From the IMG/VR virus record IMGVR_UViG_3300028549_001760: a stretch of 50,401 nucleotides of DNA; one strand, written 5' to 3'. Under the pieces are notes generated by a model. That model was not told the DNA's origin, searched no databases, and saw nothing but the letters and a program-made list of their open reading frames with translations. This document shows, in pieces, positions 7,193-15,329 of the stretch. Each line of letters opens with the position of its first letter. Position 1 is the stretch's first letter. Position numbers and translations under genes: made by a program. The stretch is from a virus.

Positions 7193-7531
7193 ATGTACCG
7201 GGCAGGGACTTCTATTTTCGATTGTCCGAACGTACTACTTGTCTGCGTGAACAGGCTACTGGGGATGCGCCATTGCGCGATGCAGTCTTTTGTCCTGGTT
7301 CAGGACTTCAAAAAGATTCTTGAGAAAGGGATGATCCTGGCGTTTGTCTCTTGGGATAAAGAACCAGCGCATGGGGTGTGTATCCATGCCGTATCGAAAA
7401 ACGAAAAGGGCTTATTGCAGGTAGAGGTGTATGATCCGCTCTATGGCGACAAGATCGTTACCTCTGATGATGTTCGATACAAGTTTAAGCCCGGGCAGAC
7501 ATATCGAAAGGTCGTTTATGTGGTGTCGTAG
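7193..7531 (+). CDS. Hypothetical protein with a second Cys...His...Asp pattern; the true N-terminus may lie upstream
   Basis: ORF track (112 aa): IFDCPNVLL, AHGVCIHAV, VYDPLYG. The same frame is open and coding-like back to 7022 but has no ATG/GTG/TTG (see finding). Confidence 0.5.
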   Translation: MYRAGTSIFDCPNVLLVCVNRLLGMRHCAMQSFVLVQDFKKILEKGMILAFVSWDKEPAHGVCIHAVSKNEKGLLQVEVYDPLYGDKIVTSDDVRYKFKPGQTYRKVVYVVS

Positions 7532-7988
7532 ATGCGTAGCTTTTTTATTGGTCTTGGTGTTGGGATCCTCATTACTGCACTCGGCTTCGCCATCTGGTGT
7601 TTGGCTCCCGGCGGAAAAATACGCGGAACTTTTGAGGCTTTACGCCGAGCTCAAGAATCTGAACTTGAGCTTGCAAGAAACCTTGGACGAGTCAACCGCT
7701 TATACAGCGACCTTGTTGACCGACATCGAGAGAATATCGAGCGAATTGGTGAGCTTCAAAGAGAGGTATCAATCCTTGATTCAACAGCACGAAGCCTTGC
7801 AGCTACTCTTAGCCGAGGCCGAGTCACAGCTAGCGAGTCTGCGGCAGCAATTGAAAGATTTGGAGATATCCTTCGCGGCCTCGATAGTGGAAGCCAGGAC
7901 AGAAGCGCTCCCGTTGATTATCTCCCTTGGAGCCCTGTCAGTGATAGAGTTCGTGGCTATACTGATCCTGATAAGCCCAAAGCAATAG
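7518..7988 (+). CDS. 156-aa protein: N-terminal signal/TM, Leu/Glu/Gln coiled coil, C-terminal TM (last gene of the plus block)
   Basis: In frame with track ORF 7431..7988. GAAAGG lies 6 nt before ATG 7518. G/C at third positions is about 62%, against about 38% for the competing frame 7532..7993 (hand counts). The frame choice is uncertain. Confidence 0.45.
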   Translation: MWCRRCVAFLLVLVLGSSLLHSASPSGVWLPAEKYAELLRLYAELKNLNLSLQETLDESTAYTATLLTDIERISSELVSFKERYQSLIQQHEALQLLLAEAESQLASLRQQLKDLEISFAASIVEARTEALPLIISLGALSVIEFVAILILISPKQ

Positions 7989-7993
7989 AATAA

Positions 7994-8020
7994 AACAGGG
8001 CAGCATTACGCCGCCCTGTT
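7994..8020. terminator. Hairpin between the convergent gene blocks (putative bidirectional intrinsic terminator)
   Basis: aaCAGGGCAGC-attac-GCCGCCCTGtt has an 11-bp stem with one mismatch. T-rich sequence follows on both strands (tttgtc / ttattctat). Confidence 0.6.
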
Positions 8021-8022
8021 TG

Positions 8023-8268
8023 TCATAGATAGGTTTTGACTCTAGGCATTAGCGCTTTGCTTCTGCCCTTTTTCCCTTCCGGCTCTTCCTTTACCCTATC
8101 ACCCACAATAAACGTGTATTGCCTGGCCTTAAAAGTATCCAGCTGCTCAAGGTTAGCCGATGACCTGGCCATGCGGATTGTGGTGTAACTTAGCCCCAAG
8201 GTTTCGGCCGCTTCCTTGAGGGTGGAGAATTCCATCCTTTTGCCGTCCTTTATTACGATCGTTTTCAA
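8023..8268 (-). CDS. Small DNA-binding protein, NUMOD1-like helix-turn-helix (81 aa)
   Basis: TTG start 6 nt after GGAGGA, overlapping the upstream TGA. KDGKRMEFSTLKEAAETLGLSYTTIRMA matches the F-x-S-x-x-EAA-x-x-LG-x-S-x-x-x-I pattern of nuclease-associated DNA-binding modules. Confidence 0.5.
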   Translation of the reverse strand: MKTIVIKDGKRMEFSTLKEAAETLGLSYTTIRMARSSANLEQLDTFKARQYTFIVGDRVKEEPEGKKGRSKALMPRVKTYL

Positions 8269-9011
8269 AACAATTCCTCCTGGGCCGAAGTTTTTCTTGC
8301 ACCCTTGATGGATTCGCGGACCGCTTCTTCCACTTCTGTTTCGGTGTATAGAGGCTGGCCGCTCCTGGCTACAATCCAGGTTTCGGTAAACAGGATACAC
8401 TCAACTAGCACGATCAGTAGGACGAACAGCGTATAGCGGAGCGTCTTACCGTCTTTGATCTTGAGTATCCTCGCAACGTCCTCGAAGATCCCCCCGCGTT
8501 CGACTGCAACGGTGGTGGATTCTAAGATTAGCTGCCTGGTGTTATCGATTTTGATTTGTAGCTCGTCAACCAAGGCTTGGTATTCAAGCGAAGCTGATTT
8601 CCACTCCGCTGGCAGGTCACGGATTCGTTGCTGCCAATCGTCCCGCTGGACAATATACTCCGCCATGCTTGCTTCGAGCTGTGCAGTATTATTGCTGGCC
8701 AATTCAGTCGCCAAGCCCACATCCCGGGTTGCCGACATCGAGGCCATGCCAATTGAGAGGGTCATCATGGCCAAGGCCAAGACACCCATGCTCCATTTCT
8801 TTTCAGAAATTGATTTCCGGAGGATGGAAATCTTGCTGCTTTCAAAAAACAGTGCGATGCCGCGGAAAACCATTTCCTTAACCTTATCGCCTTTTACCAT
8901 TTCGACGAACATATCCATGGTCAAGTAGAATGATATTGAGAAAGCGGCAAGACGCTGGATTTGAGCAACGATTTCAGTCTGCTGGATCCAACGCTTTATT
9001 TTCTCGAACAT
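8265..9011 (-). CDS. 248-aa membrane protein with a central coiled coil, function unknown
   Basis: ORF track. AAGGAG lies 8 nt upstream. There are several hydrophobic segments (LAAFSISFYL, GVLALAMMTLSIGMA, LFVLLIVLVECILF). Confidence 0.6.
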   Translation of the reverse strand: MFEKIKRWIQQTEIVAQIQRLAAFSISFYLTMDMFVEMVKGDKVKEMVFRGIALFFESSKISILRKSISEKKWSMGVLALAMMTLSIGMASMSATRDVGLATELASNNTAQLEASMAEYIVQRDDWQQRIRDLPAEWKSASLEYQALVDELQIKIDNTRQLILESTTVAVERGGIFEDVARILKIKDGKTLRYTLFVLLIVLVECILFTETWIVARSGQPLYTETEVEEAVRESIKGARKTSAQEELF

Positions 9012-9357
9012 CGCTAAGGCTCCTTACTGTGACGACAATCATGTCCTCGTCACCGTCTTTGTCATACCTTGAATAGGTCCCTGAATGATTCAGGTTGTCG
9101 TTCTCGATGATGCCAGCCTCCTGCAGGGCATCGAAAATTGGTTTGAATGGGCCGTCCGTGTCCATCGCCTTTGCCACCAGCATGACAATATCGATATGGA
9201 CCTTGCCTTTAACGGGCTCCAGCTGCTTTTTAAACATGACCGCCAGCGACCGCATGAATTGCCGGTACACTGGCGTCTTGTAAATTATCGCAATCTTCTT
9301 CCGCTTCCCGTTAGGCTTGACGACCCAAGTGTAGGTCACGCCGTGCCATTTGTTCAC
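8974..9357 (-). CDS. rusA: RusA-family Holliday junction resolvase
   Basis: 127 aa with a GTG start. DTDGPFKPIFDALQEAGIIENDNL matches the RusA acidic catalytic core pattern. Confidence 0.7.
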   Translation of the reverse strand: MNKWHGVTYTWVVKPNGKRKKIAIIYKTPVYRQFMRSLAVMFKKQLEPVKGKVHIDIVMLVAKAMDTDGPFKPIFDALQEAGIIENDNLNHSGTYSRYDKDGDEDMIVVTVRSLSDVRENKALDPAD

Positions 9358-9389
9358 GGATACGGCGTGACCTTTCCAGATTGCTGTGT

Positions 9390-9929
9390 TCAGAACGGTA
9401 TATCGTCGTCAGAAGGGTTCCAACCGCCGGCTGCTGGGGCCTGGGGTTGGGCAGGTTGACGATTTGGTGGCTGCCACTCTTTAGGTCCGGCAGCCGGGGC
9501 TTGCTGCTGCTGCGGCCATTGCTGCTGGGCTTGCTGCGGCGGCTGCTGGTGGGCCGACTGCTGCGGTTGCTGGAAGTTCTGCTGCTGGTACTGCGGGGCA
9601 GCGTCCGGGGCTGGAGCGATCTGCTGCAAGTCGAATACGTTGATCGACAGCGCGCGCTTTTCAACGCCAGCCTGGTCGGTCCAGACATCCTCGTTCAGCT
9701 CTCCGGAAACCGACACCATGGCACCCTTGCGGTACCCGCCGGAATTGGCAAAGCTGACATCGTTACCACGGAAAGAGGTGGCCTTGAACCAAATGGTGTT
9801 CTTTTTGTCGCCGAAGCCGCGGCCACAAGCCACCGCCAGGGAAACAAGCGACTTGGTCCCGTCGCCATAAGCCTTGGTTTCAGCATCACGGCCCAACCGG
9901 CCAGTAATGGTTATCGTTCTGGTATCCAT
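9390..9929 (-). CDS. ssb: Single-stranded DNA-binding protein with a Gln/Pro-rich linker and an acidic tip
   Basis: OB-fold N-terminus (ITITGRLGRDAE...WFKATSFRG). The linker is QYQQQNFQQPQQ... and the C-terminus is DDDIPF. AAGGAG lies upstream. Confidence 0.9.
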   Translation of the reverse strand: MDTRTITITGRLGRDAETKAYGDGTKSLVSLAVACGRGFGDKKNTIWFKATSFRGNDVSFANSGGYRKGAMVSVSGELNEDVWTDQAGVEKRALSINVFDLQQIAPAPDAAPQYQQQNFQQPQQSAHQQPPQQAQQQWPQQQQAPAAGPKEWQPPNRQPAQPQAPAAGGWNPSDDDIPF

Positions 9930-9938
9930 CGTGTCTCC

Positions 9939-10667
9939 TTACGCGAGAATGGTCATCTGCGGAAGCTGCTTTTGCAGCATTTCCTTGATCTTATTCATGG
10001 CAAGATTCTGCCAAGATCCGCCGTCAGCCTCGAACAGGGCGAAGCTTGCCTTGTTGTCCTCATTCCTCATGCGGAGCAGGAAGGGGGAACATACCTGGTC
10101 AAGCTCGGGGAAGGTACGATACGGACGCAGGTACACCACGGCTGGAGCGGTTTCCTTGGCTTTTACCGTGCCGGATCCGTTCTTTTTGGTTACGGTAGTC
10201 TGGCCGACGCCGTCATCTTCGGTTTCGACGGTTTCGCCGACGACAACGCGGGAAGCGTAGCTGACGACCTTTTCCATGTCCTCGCCATCTTCGAAGCGGG
10301 AGCGCAGCTGGATAATGAACTGTTCGGTATCCATCCAATTGCCGAAGCGGAATTTCTCCGTCTCTACCGGGGTAGAGGTGGCAACGTACAGGCGCTCCAT
10401 GAACTTGCCCTCCTGGCGGGTAACCAGACTGACGCCCTGGAAGCTTTCGACGATGAGCATAGAATCCTGCATCTTTACTTCGTCCTTATTGGCCTTGATG
10501 TAATCCACCAGGCCGGAGAGGCTATGCAGCTTCAAGGTTGGGAAGCTGGCTTTGACGCGAACCGGGTGTAGCTCGGCCGGTGTAAACATGACGCCATCAA
10601 CTTCCTTGATGTCGCAGTTGTTAATGGCCATGCTTTCGATCTTTTCAATAAAACTCTTGTCGATCAT
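9939..10667 (-). CDS. Hypothetical 242-aa protein
   Basis: ORF track. AAGGAG lies upstream of the ATG. No motif recognised. Confidence 0.65.
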   Translation of the reverse strand: MIDKSFIEKIESMAINNCDIKEVDGVMFTPAELHPVRVKASFPTLKLHSLSGLVDYIKANKDEVKMQDSMLIVESFQGVSLVTRQEGKFMERLYVATSTPVETEKFRFGNWMDTEQFIIQLRSRFEDGEDMEKVVSYASRVVVGETVETEDDGVGQTTVTKKNGSGTVKAKETAPAVVYLRPYRTFPELDQVCSPFLLRMRNEDNKASFALFEADGGSWQNLAMNKIKEMLQKQLPQMTILA

Positions 10668-10676
10668 TGGATCTCC

Positions 10677-11021
10677 TTACGCTCTTGATTTCATCGAGAC
10701 GATGTTGCTGGACTCGTCTAAATCCAATTCTGCCTGGCGAGGATCGTCCGGGTAGGCTACCAGGTCGCCATTTTCGCGCTCCAGGTACAAGGCGCCAATG
10801 CTGGCCGGCATCGGCGGAAGCTTGGTGGTTACCTGGGCTTCGATGGATGCTGACCGGCGGGTCTTGTCCGGCTTGATTTTGATATGGATCGTAAGCTCAC
10901 GCATGGCGTCCGGCTTGACGCTTAGGTCAGCAATGTTGGCCAAGATCTTCTCAATCTCGGCGTCGAAAATGTCATGGACGGCGCCACCGTTCATGTTTCT
11001 CAAGCTCAACGACTTCTTCAT
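10677..11021 (-). CDS. Hypothetical 114-aa protein
   Basis: I moved the start to ATG 11021 (MKKSLSL), directly after AAGGAGG. The 9-codon track extension MENFPQGGF is the palindrome read as protein. Confidence 0.6.
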   Translation of the reverse strand: MKKSLSLRNMNGGAVHDIFDAEIEKILANIADLSVKPDAMRELTIHIKIKPDKTRRSASIEAQVTTKLPPMPASIGALYLERENGDLVAYPDDPRQAELDLDESSNIVSMKSRA

Positions 11022-11031
11022 AAACCCTCCT

Positions 11032-11049
11032 TGTGGAAAATTTTCCACA
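11032..11049. promoter_or_regulatory. 18-bp palindrome TGTGGAAAATTTTCCACA, copy 2
   Basis: Perfect palindrome, 20 bp with flanking T/A. On the minus strand it abuts the SD: CCACAAGGAGGGTTTATG. Confidence 0.8.
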
Positions 11050-11082
11050 ACTCATTATACCATGCAGCTGCAACAAGCGCAA

Positions 11083-11667
11083 CTATATATTGCCGGTAGC
11101 GTTCAAAGAATCTAGTATTTCGTCGTGCCCTTCCATGTAATACTGGATATAAATATAACCAACAGTCGAGGATAGTGCTGCCGCTTCTATTAGCACACAA
11201 TCAAGATCCGCTGGCATGGCTGCCTTGTCTGTCCATATAGCCAATAACTTGCGATCCTTTTGCAGCAAAGACATCATGTAGTACCGCGCGTCCGACCATA
11301 TACTTCCGCGGTTTATGTTATCAATGAAGTTACTGGCTGGCCCATAGTTATTTGTTAATAACTCTTTTAGCCGATTGTATTCTGTTACAAGACCTTCACC
11401 AAAAGCTCCGCAGTTTATATCCTTGCTGATAAGCCGGACTGAAAACAGCCCTATTTCGGGGTGGATATTTACCAGGAATATATCAAAGGCGCTTGTCGCT
11501 TGCGGTGCCTTGGTCATGATCCAGATCGTCTCGCTATTGTCTGCGAGATACATTTCCGGATCGATAGTCTGGAGTTGTTCTAGGGTCATTCCCTTTTCAA
11601 ACCCGAGGGGTCCGGCGAACACGGACATGGCCATAATGAGCATGATGAATACTAAAAGTTGTTTCAC
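11083..11667 (-). CDS. Secreted protein (N-terminal signal peptide), function unknown
   Basis: GTG start 5 nt after AAAGGAG, with a GTGA overlap with the upstream stop. The N-terminus is MKQLLVFIMLIMAMSVFAGP. Confidence 0.6.
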   Translation of the reverse strand: MKQLLVFIMLIMAMSVFAGPLGFEKGMTLEQLQTIDPEMYLADNSETIWIMTKAPQATSAFDIFLVNIHPEIGLFSVRLISKDINCGAFGEGLVTEYNRLKELLTNNYGPASNFIDNINRGSIWSDARYYMMSLLQKDRKLLAIWTDKAAMPADLDCVLIEAAALSSTVGYIYIQYYMEGHDEILDSLNATGNI

Positions 11668-12539
11668 GGTTTCTCCTTTGCCAGGATCTTTTTCCCGACA
11701 GCGGCATTGAATAATGCCGATATATCTACTTGGACTAGATCGTCGCGATTTTCTTGGTCCTCGACGTCCTGGGCGATGCGCTTATCTTTCAAGCGACTTA
11801 GGTAAACGGTACAGTTCGGCTTGTGCTTCCAGGCTCCGCAGCTTTCGCAGGGCTCGTCAGCAATTGTGGCTGGTGACATGCTCAATTTTGGGATCATGCC
11901 ATGGAATACTGCGTATCCATAGCCGGCCTTTTCTTTAACGCGTACAAAGGATTTCACTTCATCAACCGCGTCAGCGAAAAACAATTTGATACATCGCAGT
12001 ATCTCGGTAAGGCCCAGTTGGTTTGAATCGCCCTTGAGTAGCGCAGCTTCTTTGGCGCCCCATGATGGGGATACCCTCTCGCCTCTGATTTCAACAGCCT
12101 TTAGCTCGTAATACTTGACGAATGCGTCCCGTAGTAGCTTCCGTTCCTCCTTCTCCATCGTCTCGCCCTCTGGAGTGGGCATCTTTTCTTTCTTAACAAA
12201 CTCATTGTCGGATACCAGGGCGCAGTAGGTATCCTCGATGAACCGAATGTAAGCCCGAGATCCGTTCCCGCTGCTTAATACTTTCTTCTGGATTACGTTG
12301 GCGCCGGTCAGCTTGTCCATCCTATTGGCCAGTTGTCTTTTCTCTATGCCAAGGATCGGTAGCTCGGCCAGGATATGCGCGTAACATAGCCAGAACCATT
12401 CTCGTTCATCTAATATCACCTTCTGCATTTTACCTGATAGGTAAAAATCTGCAATGAATCTGATCAGCACGGCGTCGATAACATCAAGGCCCATTTCGAT
12501 TAAACGCTTCTGGCTGAACCCTTCGATGTTCCATTTCAT
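11664..12539 (-). CDS. Putative replication organiser / winged-helix DNA-binding protein (function tentative)
   Basis: 291 aa with an ATGA overlap with the helicase gene. The N-terminal third looks like a DNA-binding domain. The function is assigned mainly from its position next to the helicase. Confidence 0.4.
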   Translation of the reverse strand: MKWNIEGFSQKRLIEMGLDVIDAVLIRFIADFYLSGKMQKVILDEREWFWLCYAHILAELPILGIEKRQLANRMDKLTGANVIQKKVLSSGNGSRAYIRFIEDTYCALVSDNEFVKKEKMPTPEGETMEKEERKLLRDAFVKYYELKAVEIRGERVSPSWGAKEAALLKGDSNQLGLTEILRCIKLFFADAVDEVKSFVRVKEKAGYGYAVFHGMIPKLSMSPATIADEPCESCGAWKHKPNCTVYLSRLKDKRIAQDVEDQENRDDLVQVDISALFNAAVGKKILAKEKP

Positions 12540-14125
12540 ATAGCCGACCTCTCTTTCGCTCCTTTCAGTTCGTTGATTAGGAAAGCAGCTTGTCCTTTCA
12601 TCAAGTCGCCTGGTGAAGTGTAGCCTAGCCTGGCCAGTAGCCGTAGCTGGGCCTCTGTAGCGATACCGATCATTGGTGATACGCCACGCTTAAAGAACTC
12701 GGAAATGAGAACTGACGCCTGCGCTTTTGACAGGCTTTCAGAGTTGATACCATAGCGTTTCAGTATCTCCTTTTGCTTTTCGGTGGCGGCGCCTTCGAGC
12801 TTTCGGCCTTCATAGTGAATGTCGAACTCGCCTGACAGGTCGACGTTGATCAGCTTACCTACTTCCAGTGGATCGAATGCTGTGAAGCCCCACTGGGGAA
12901 TTGTCATGCGCCTGACTATCTCGATTGGGTTATATTCTTTTTCATGGGCCTTTTCAAGGTTCTCCATGAAATCTTCTTCTTCGGATCCCTCTGCAGTTTT
13001 TTGCGCACGCTTCTGCACATTGTCACCAAAGCCCATGGTCGAGAATAATTCATAGGCGGTGACGAGGCGCAGCTTGTCCGAGTTGTAGGTGAACTCGACA
13101 AGCAGTAGTTCTTTCTTGCCTGGGTGCAGCCTGGTGCCGCGGCCGATCGCTTGGGCGTATACTGTCCGGCTCCCGGTCGGCCGAAGCATCACAATGGCCG
13201 ATACTTTGGGCTCATCGTATCCTTCCAAGAGTACGTTGCACGAGCAAAGGTGAGTGATGATTCCCTGCTTGAATTCATACAAGGTGTGGCGTCGTAGTTC
13301 CTTGTCTGTGGCGCCAGATATATAGCCAGCCTTGACACCGAGCTTGCACAATTCTTCGGCCATGAGCTTTGACGAGTAGACGTTCGGCAGGAAGCATAAG
13401 GTTTGTTTTCCTTCGGTTTGCTTCCTGACGTTTTCAGCAATCGGGGTGATGTACTCTGCGATCGCGCCGGCCAGTTCATCGTCTTGGAAGTCTCCTGCAG
13501 TAATCTTGAGCTTGCTTAGGTTGATGGTGAAATCGTTACACCTGCGGCCGACTATCTTGACTAGGAATCCATCGTTGATAGCCTTGTGTAGCGGGTACTC
13601 GTAGGCGACTTTGGTGTAGATATTGCCAAGTTGCTTGTCGTCTGCACGGTCGGCGGTGGCCGTTATCCCTAGCAAGCTGCTCTTGTCGAAATGGTTGATG
13701 ATATTCCTGTACGTCGCACTGATCGAGTGATGTGCCTCGTCGATTATCATGTGCTGGAAAGCGTCCTTGCGGAATCGTTCGAGACGCTTGCGCTGCATGG
13801 TGGGGACGGATCCGACAACGACGTTCGCGCCGAGATCCGCCCAGTGCTGCGCCATTTCTTTGTCCGGAGCGTAGCCAGAGTGGCCGGAAAGCTTGTCAAT
13901 CGCCTGGTCTACCAATTCCTCTCGATGCGCCAGCATAAGAGTCTTTTCTTTTCTCAACAGTGTTCGGCGAACCCATTCGGCGGCGATGATAGTTTTCCCT
14001 GTCCCGGTTGCCATGATTACCAGGGGGCGTTCACCTTCTGCAATCGCCTTCTCGATCGCTTCGTTAGCCTCGGTCTGATAATACCTTAGTTCTTTCATGC
14101 GCTGGACAGGCTCGAACAGGTCCAT
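12536..14125 (-). CDS. Superfamily 2 DEAH-box DNA helicase
   Basis: Walker A is MATGTGKT, motif II is IIDEAHH, motif III is ITATADR, motif VI is QAIGRGTR. AAGGAGG lies upstream. Confidence 0.85.
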   Translation of the reverse strand: MDLFEPVQRMKELRYYQTEANEAIEKAIAEGERPLVIMATGTGKTIIAAEWVRRTLLRKEKTLMLAHREELVDQAIDKLSGHSGYAPDKEMAQHWADLGANVVVGSVPTMQRKRLERFRKDAFQHMIIDEAHHSISATYRNIINHFDKSSLLGITATADRADDKQLGNIYTKVAYEYPLHKAINDGFLVKIVGRRCNDFTINLSKLKITAGDFQDDELAGAIAEYITPIAENVRKQTEGKQTLCFLPNVYSSKLMAEELCKLGVKAGYISGATDKELRRHTLYEFKQGIITHLCSCNVLLEGYDEPKVSAIVMLRPTGSRTVYAQAIGRGTRLHPGKKELLLVEFTYNSDKLRLVTAYELFSTMGFGDNVQKRAQKTAEGSEEEDFMENLEKAHEKEYNPIEIVRRMTIPQWGFTAFDPLEVGKLINVDLSGEFDIHYEGRKLEGAATEKQKEILKRYGINSESLSKAQASVLISEFFKRGVSPMIGIATEAQLRLLARLGYTSPGDLMKGQAAFLINELKGAKERSAI

Positions 14126-14341
14126 CTAGTCCTCCTTGAGGAATCGTTTTTCGACTTCGAAGCCGTGGTAAATGGCGTCATGCCACTCAATACTATGGAG
14201 CTTGAAATTGGATTGTGACACCCAATATTTTCCGGAAGCATCCTGCACCACTTCGGCTCCTGCAGGGACGAACACGCTGGCTTCGGCCGGCGGGAGCGCT
14301 GAATAATTGCGCAGAAAGTTAAGCGGCTGGTTTGTTTTCAT
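14126..14341 (-). CDS. Hypothetical 71-aa protein
   Basis: I chose the ATG 14341 start (MKTNQPL), which gives an ATGA overlap with the upstream stop. The track ORF runs to 14377. Confidence 0.5.
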   Translation of the reverse strand: MKTNQPLNFLRNYSALPPAEASVFVPAGAEVVQDASGKYWVSQSNFKLHSIEWHDAIYHGFEVEKRFLKED

Positions 14342-14553
14342 GTTTTCTTCACATTCCACCAGCCGTAGACTTCGCACATTTCGCCGTCTGGTCCGTAAAG
14401 AGTAGTCGCCAGTTCGCCTTCGGTGAATCCTTCTGCCGTCATTTCGTTGACGCGCTCACCTGCATCGCGATCCAGTTGCTCGGCGGCGCCAGGTGGCAAC
14501 CGGCCGGGGATGTTCCAAGAGTAATTGATGGTGATCGTTTTCTTGTACGTCAT
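14338..14553 (-). CDS. Hypothetical 71-aa protein
   Basis: I chose the ATG 14553 start (MTYKKTI) after GAAAGGA. The track ORF extends to 14583, across the upstream gene end. Confidence 0.5.
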   Translation of the reverse strand: MTYKKTITINYSWNIPGRLPPGAAEQLDRDAGERVNEMTAEGFTEGELATTLYGPDGEMCEVYGWWNVKKT

Positions 14554-14564
14554 CTTGATTCCTT

Positions 14565-15134
14565 TCAGTGCTTTCTGAACCAAACACCTTCATTGGCTTT
14601 AAGCGTCCAGCAACGGTGGCAGGTATCGCACTTGCCCGGGCAAACAAAGCTGCTATTGTCAGCCGGCGCAGATTCGTCTTTGGCAAGAACACCAGCCCAG
14701 GGGCGGTCGGTTGGTGTCTTCTTCGATTTCCAGACGGACTGGATGATCGTAAGATTTTCAGCCATGCCGATAGAATCAGTCATGGTGTAGGCCATAAACA
14801 AAGTGGTCGGGAATACAGCGGCCAGGTCGTGCATATAATCCAGGTAAGTTTGATCCGGAATATCTCCACCAACATGGTACCGGAAGTACCGCGGCGGATT
14901 CTTATCCAAGAAATATTCAATGTGCTTGAAGTACTTCTCGGGGTTTGACTTGTAGGCGGCAAGGTTACCATCCCACAACGGCTTAATGATTTTCGACCTA
15001 TACCCGGCGTAGATACGCCAGGCATAGCACTCGCTGGCGCACGGCACACCGGCCGGGCAAGATAGAATAGGTGGCAGCGAGACGCTGGGGATTTTCCCGA
15101 GCTTTGTATTGCCTTCGCTGATATGGACCTTCAT
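14565..15134 (-). CDS. Cys-rich putative metal-binding protein (recalls the mycobacteriophage Gp88-type family)
   Basis: 189 aa. The N-terminus has NTKLGKIPSVSLPPILSCPAGVPCASECYA and the C-terminus has CPGKCDTCHRCW. AGGAGG lies upstream. The family name is from memory only. Confidence 0.45.
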   Translation of the reverse strand: MKVHISEGNTKLGKIPSVSLPPILSCPAGVPCASECYAWRIYAGYRSKIIKPLWDGNLAAYKSNPEKYFKHIEYFLDKNPPRYFRYHVGGDIPDQTYLDYMHDLAAVFPTTLFMAYTMTDSIGMAENLTIIQSVWKSKKTPTDRPWAGVLAKDESAPADNSSFVCPGKCDTCHRCWTLKANEGVWFRKH

Positions 15135-15146
15135 GGCACCTCCTGT

Positions 15147-15329
15147 TTAATTCCTTAAAATCTCGTGCCAGTCATAAGCGCAGCAGCTTATCGGCACGGA
15201 TATGTACATTGCCATGTGAACGGCCCCTGCCGGCCTGGGTTGTTTCCTTCCCAGGGTCGGCGGGCCTTCGATTTCCACAGAGGACATCATCTTCCAGTCC
15301 TTATCGTAGAACTCGACTTTGGTTTTCAC
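15147..15329 (-). CDS. Hypothetical 60-aa protein
   Basis: ORF track. GTG start with a GTGA overlap with the ParB-like gene stop. Confidence 0.4.
   Translation of the reverse strand: MKTKVEFYDKDWKMMSSVEIEGPPTLGRKQPRPAGAVHMAMYISVPISCCAYDWHEILRN

Noticed and set aside
7532-7993. ORF-track entry (153 aa) as the last plus-strand gene
   Set aside because: It is not fully rejected, but it ranks below the overlapping frame 7518..7988. Its third-position G/C is only about 38% by hand count and its SD is weaker. See the finding on the dual frames.
9470-9600. GCTGCTG/CTGCTG-rich stretch resembling a microsatellite
   Set aside because: It is the reverse complement of the Gln/Pro-rich linker of SSB (CAG/CAA/CCG codons). 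It is irregular and is not a tandem repeat.
9381-10571. 396-aa plus-strand ORF, the longest unexplained entry in the early region
   Set aside because: It is antisense to the ssb gene and to 9939..10667, both of which have strong SDs and protein-like sequences. The product is Leu/Arg/Gly-rich low-complexity sequence, as expected from reading a G/C-third-position gene backwards.
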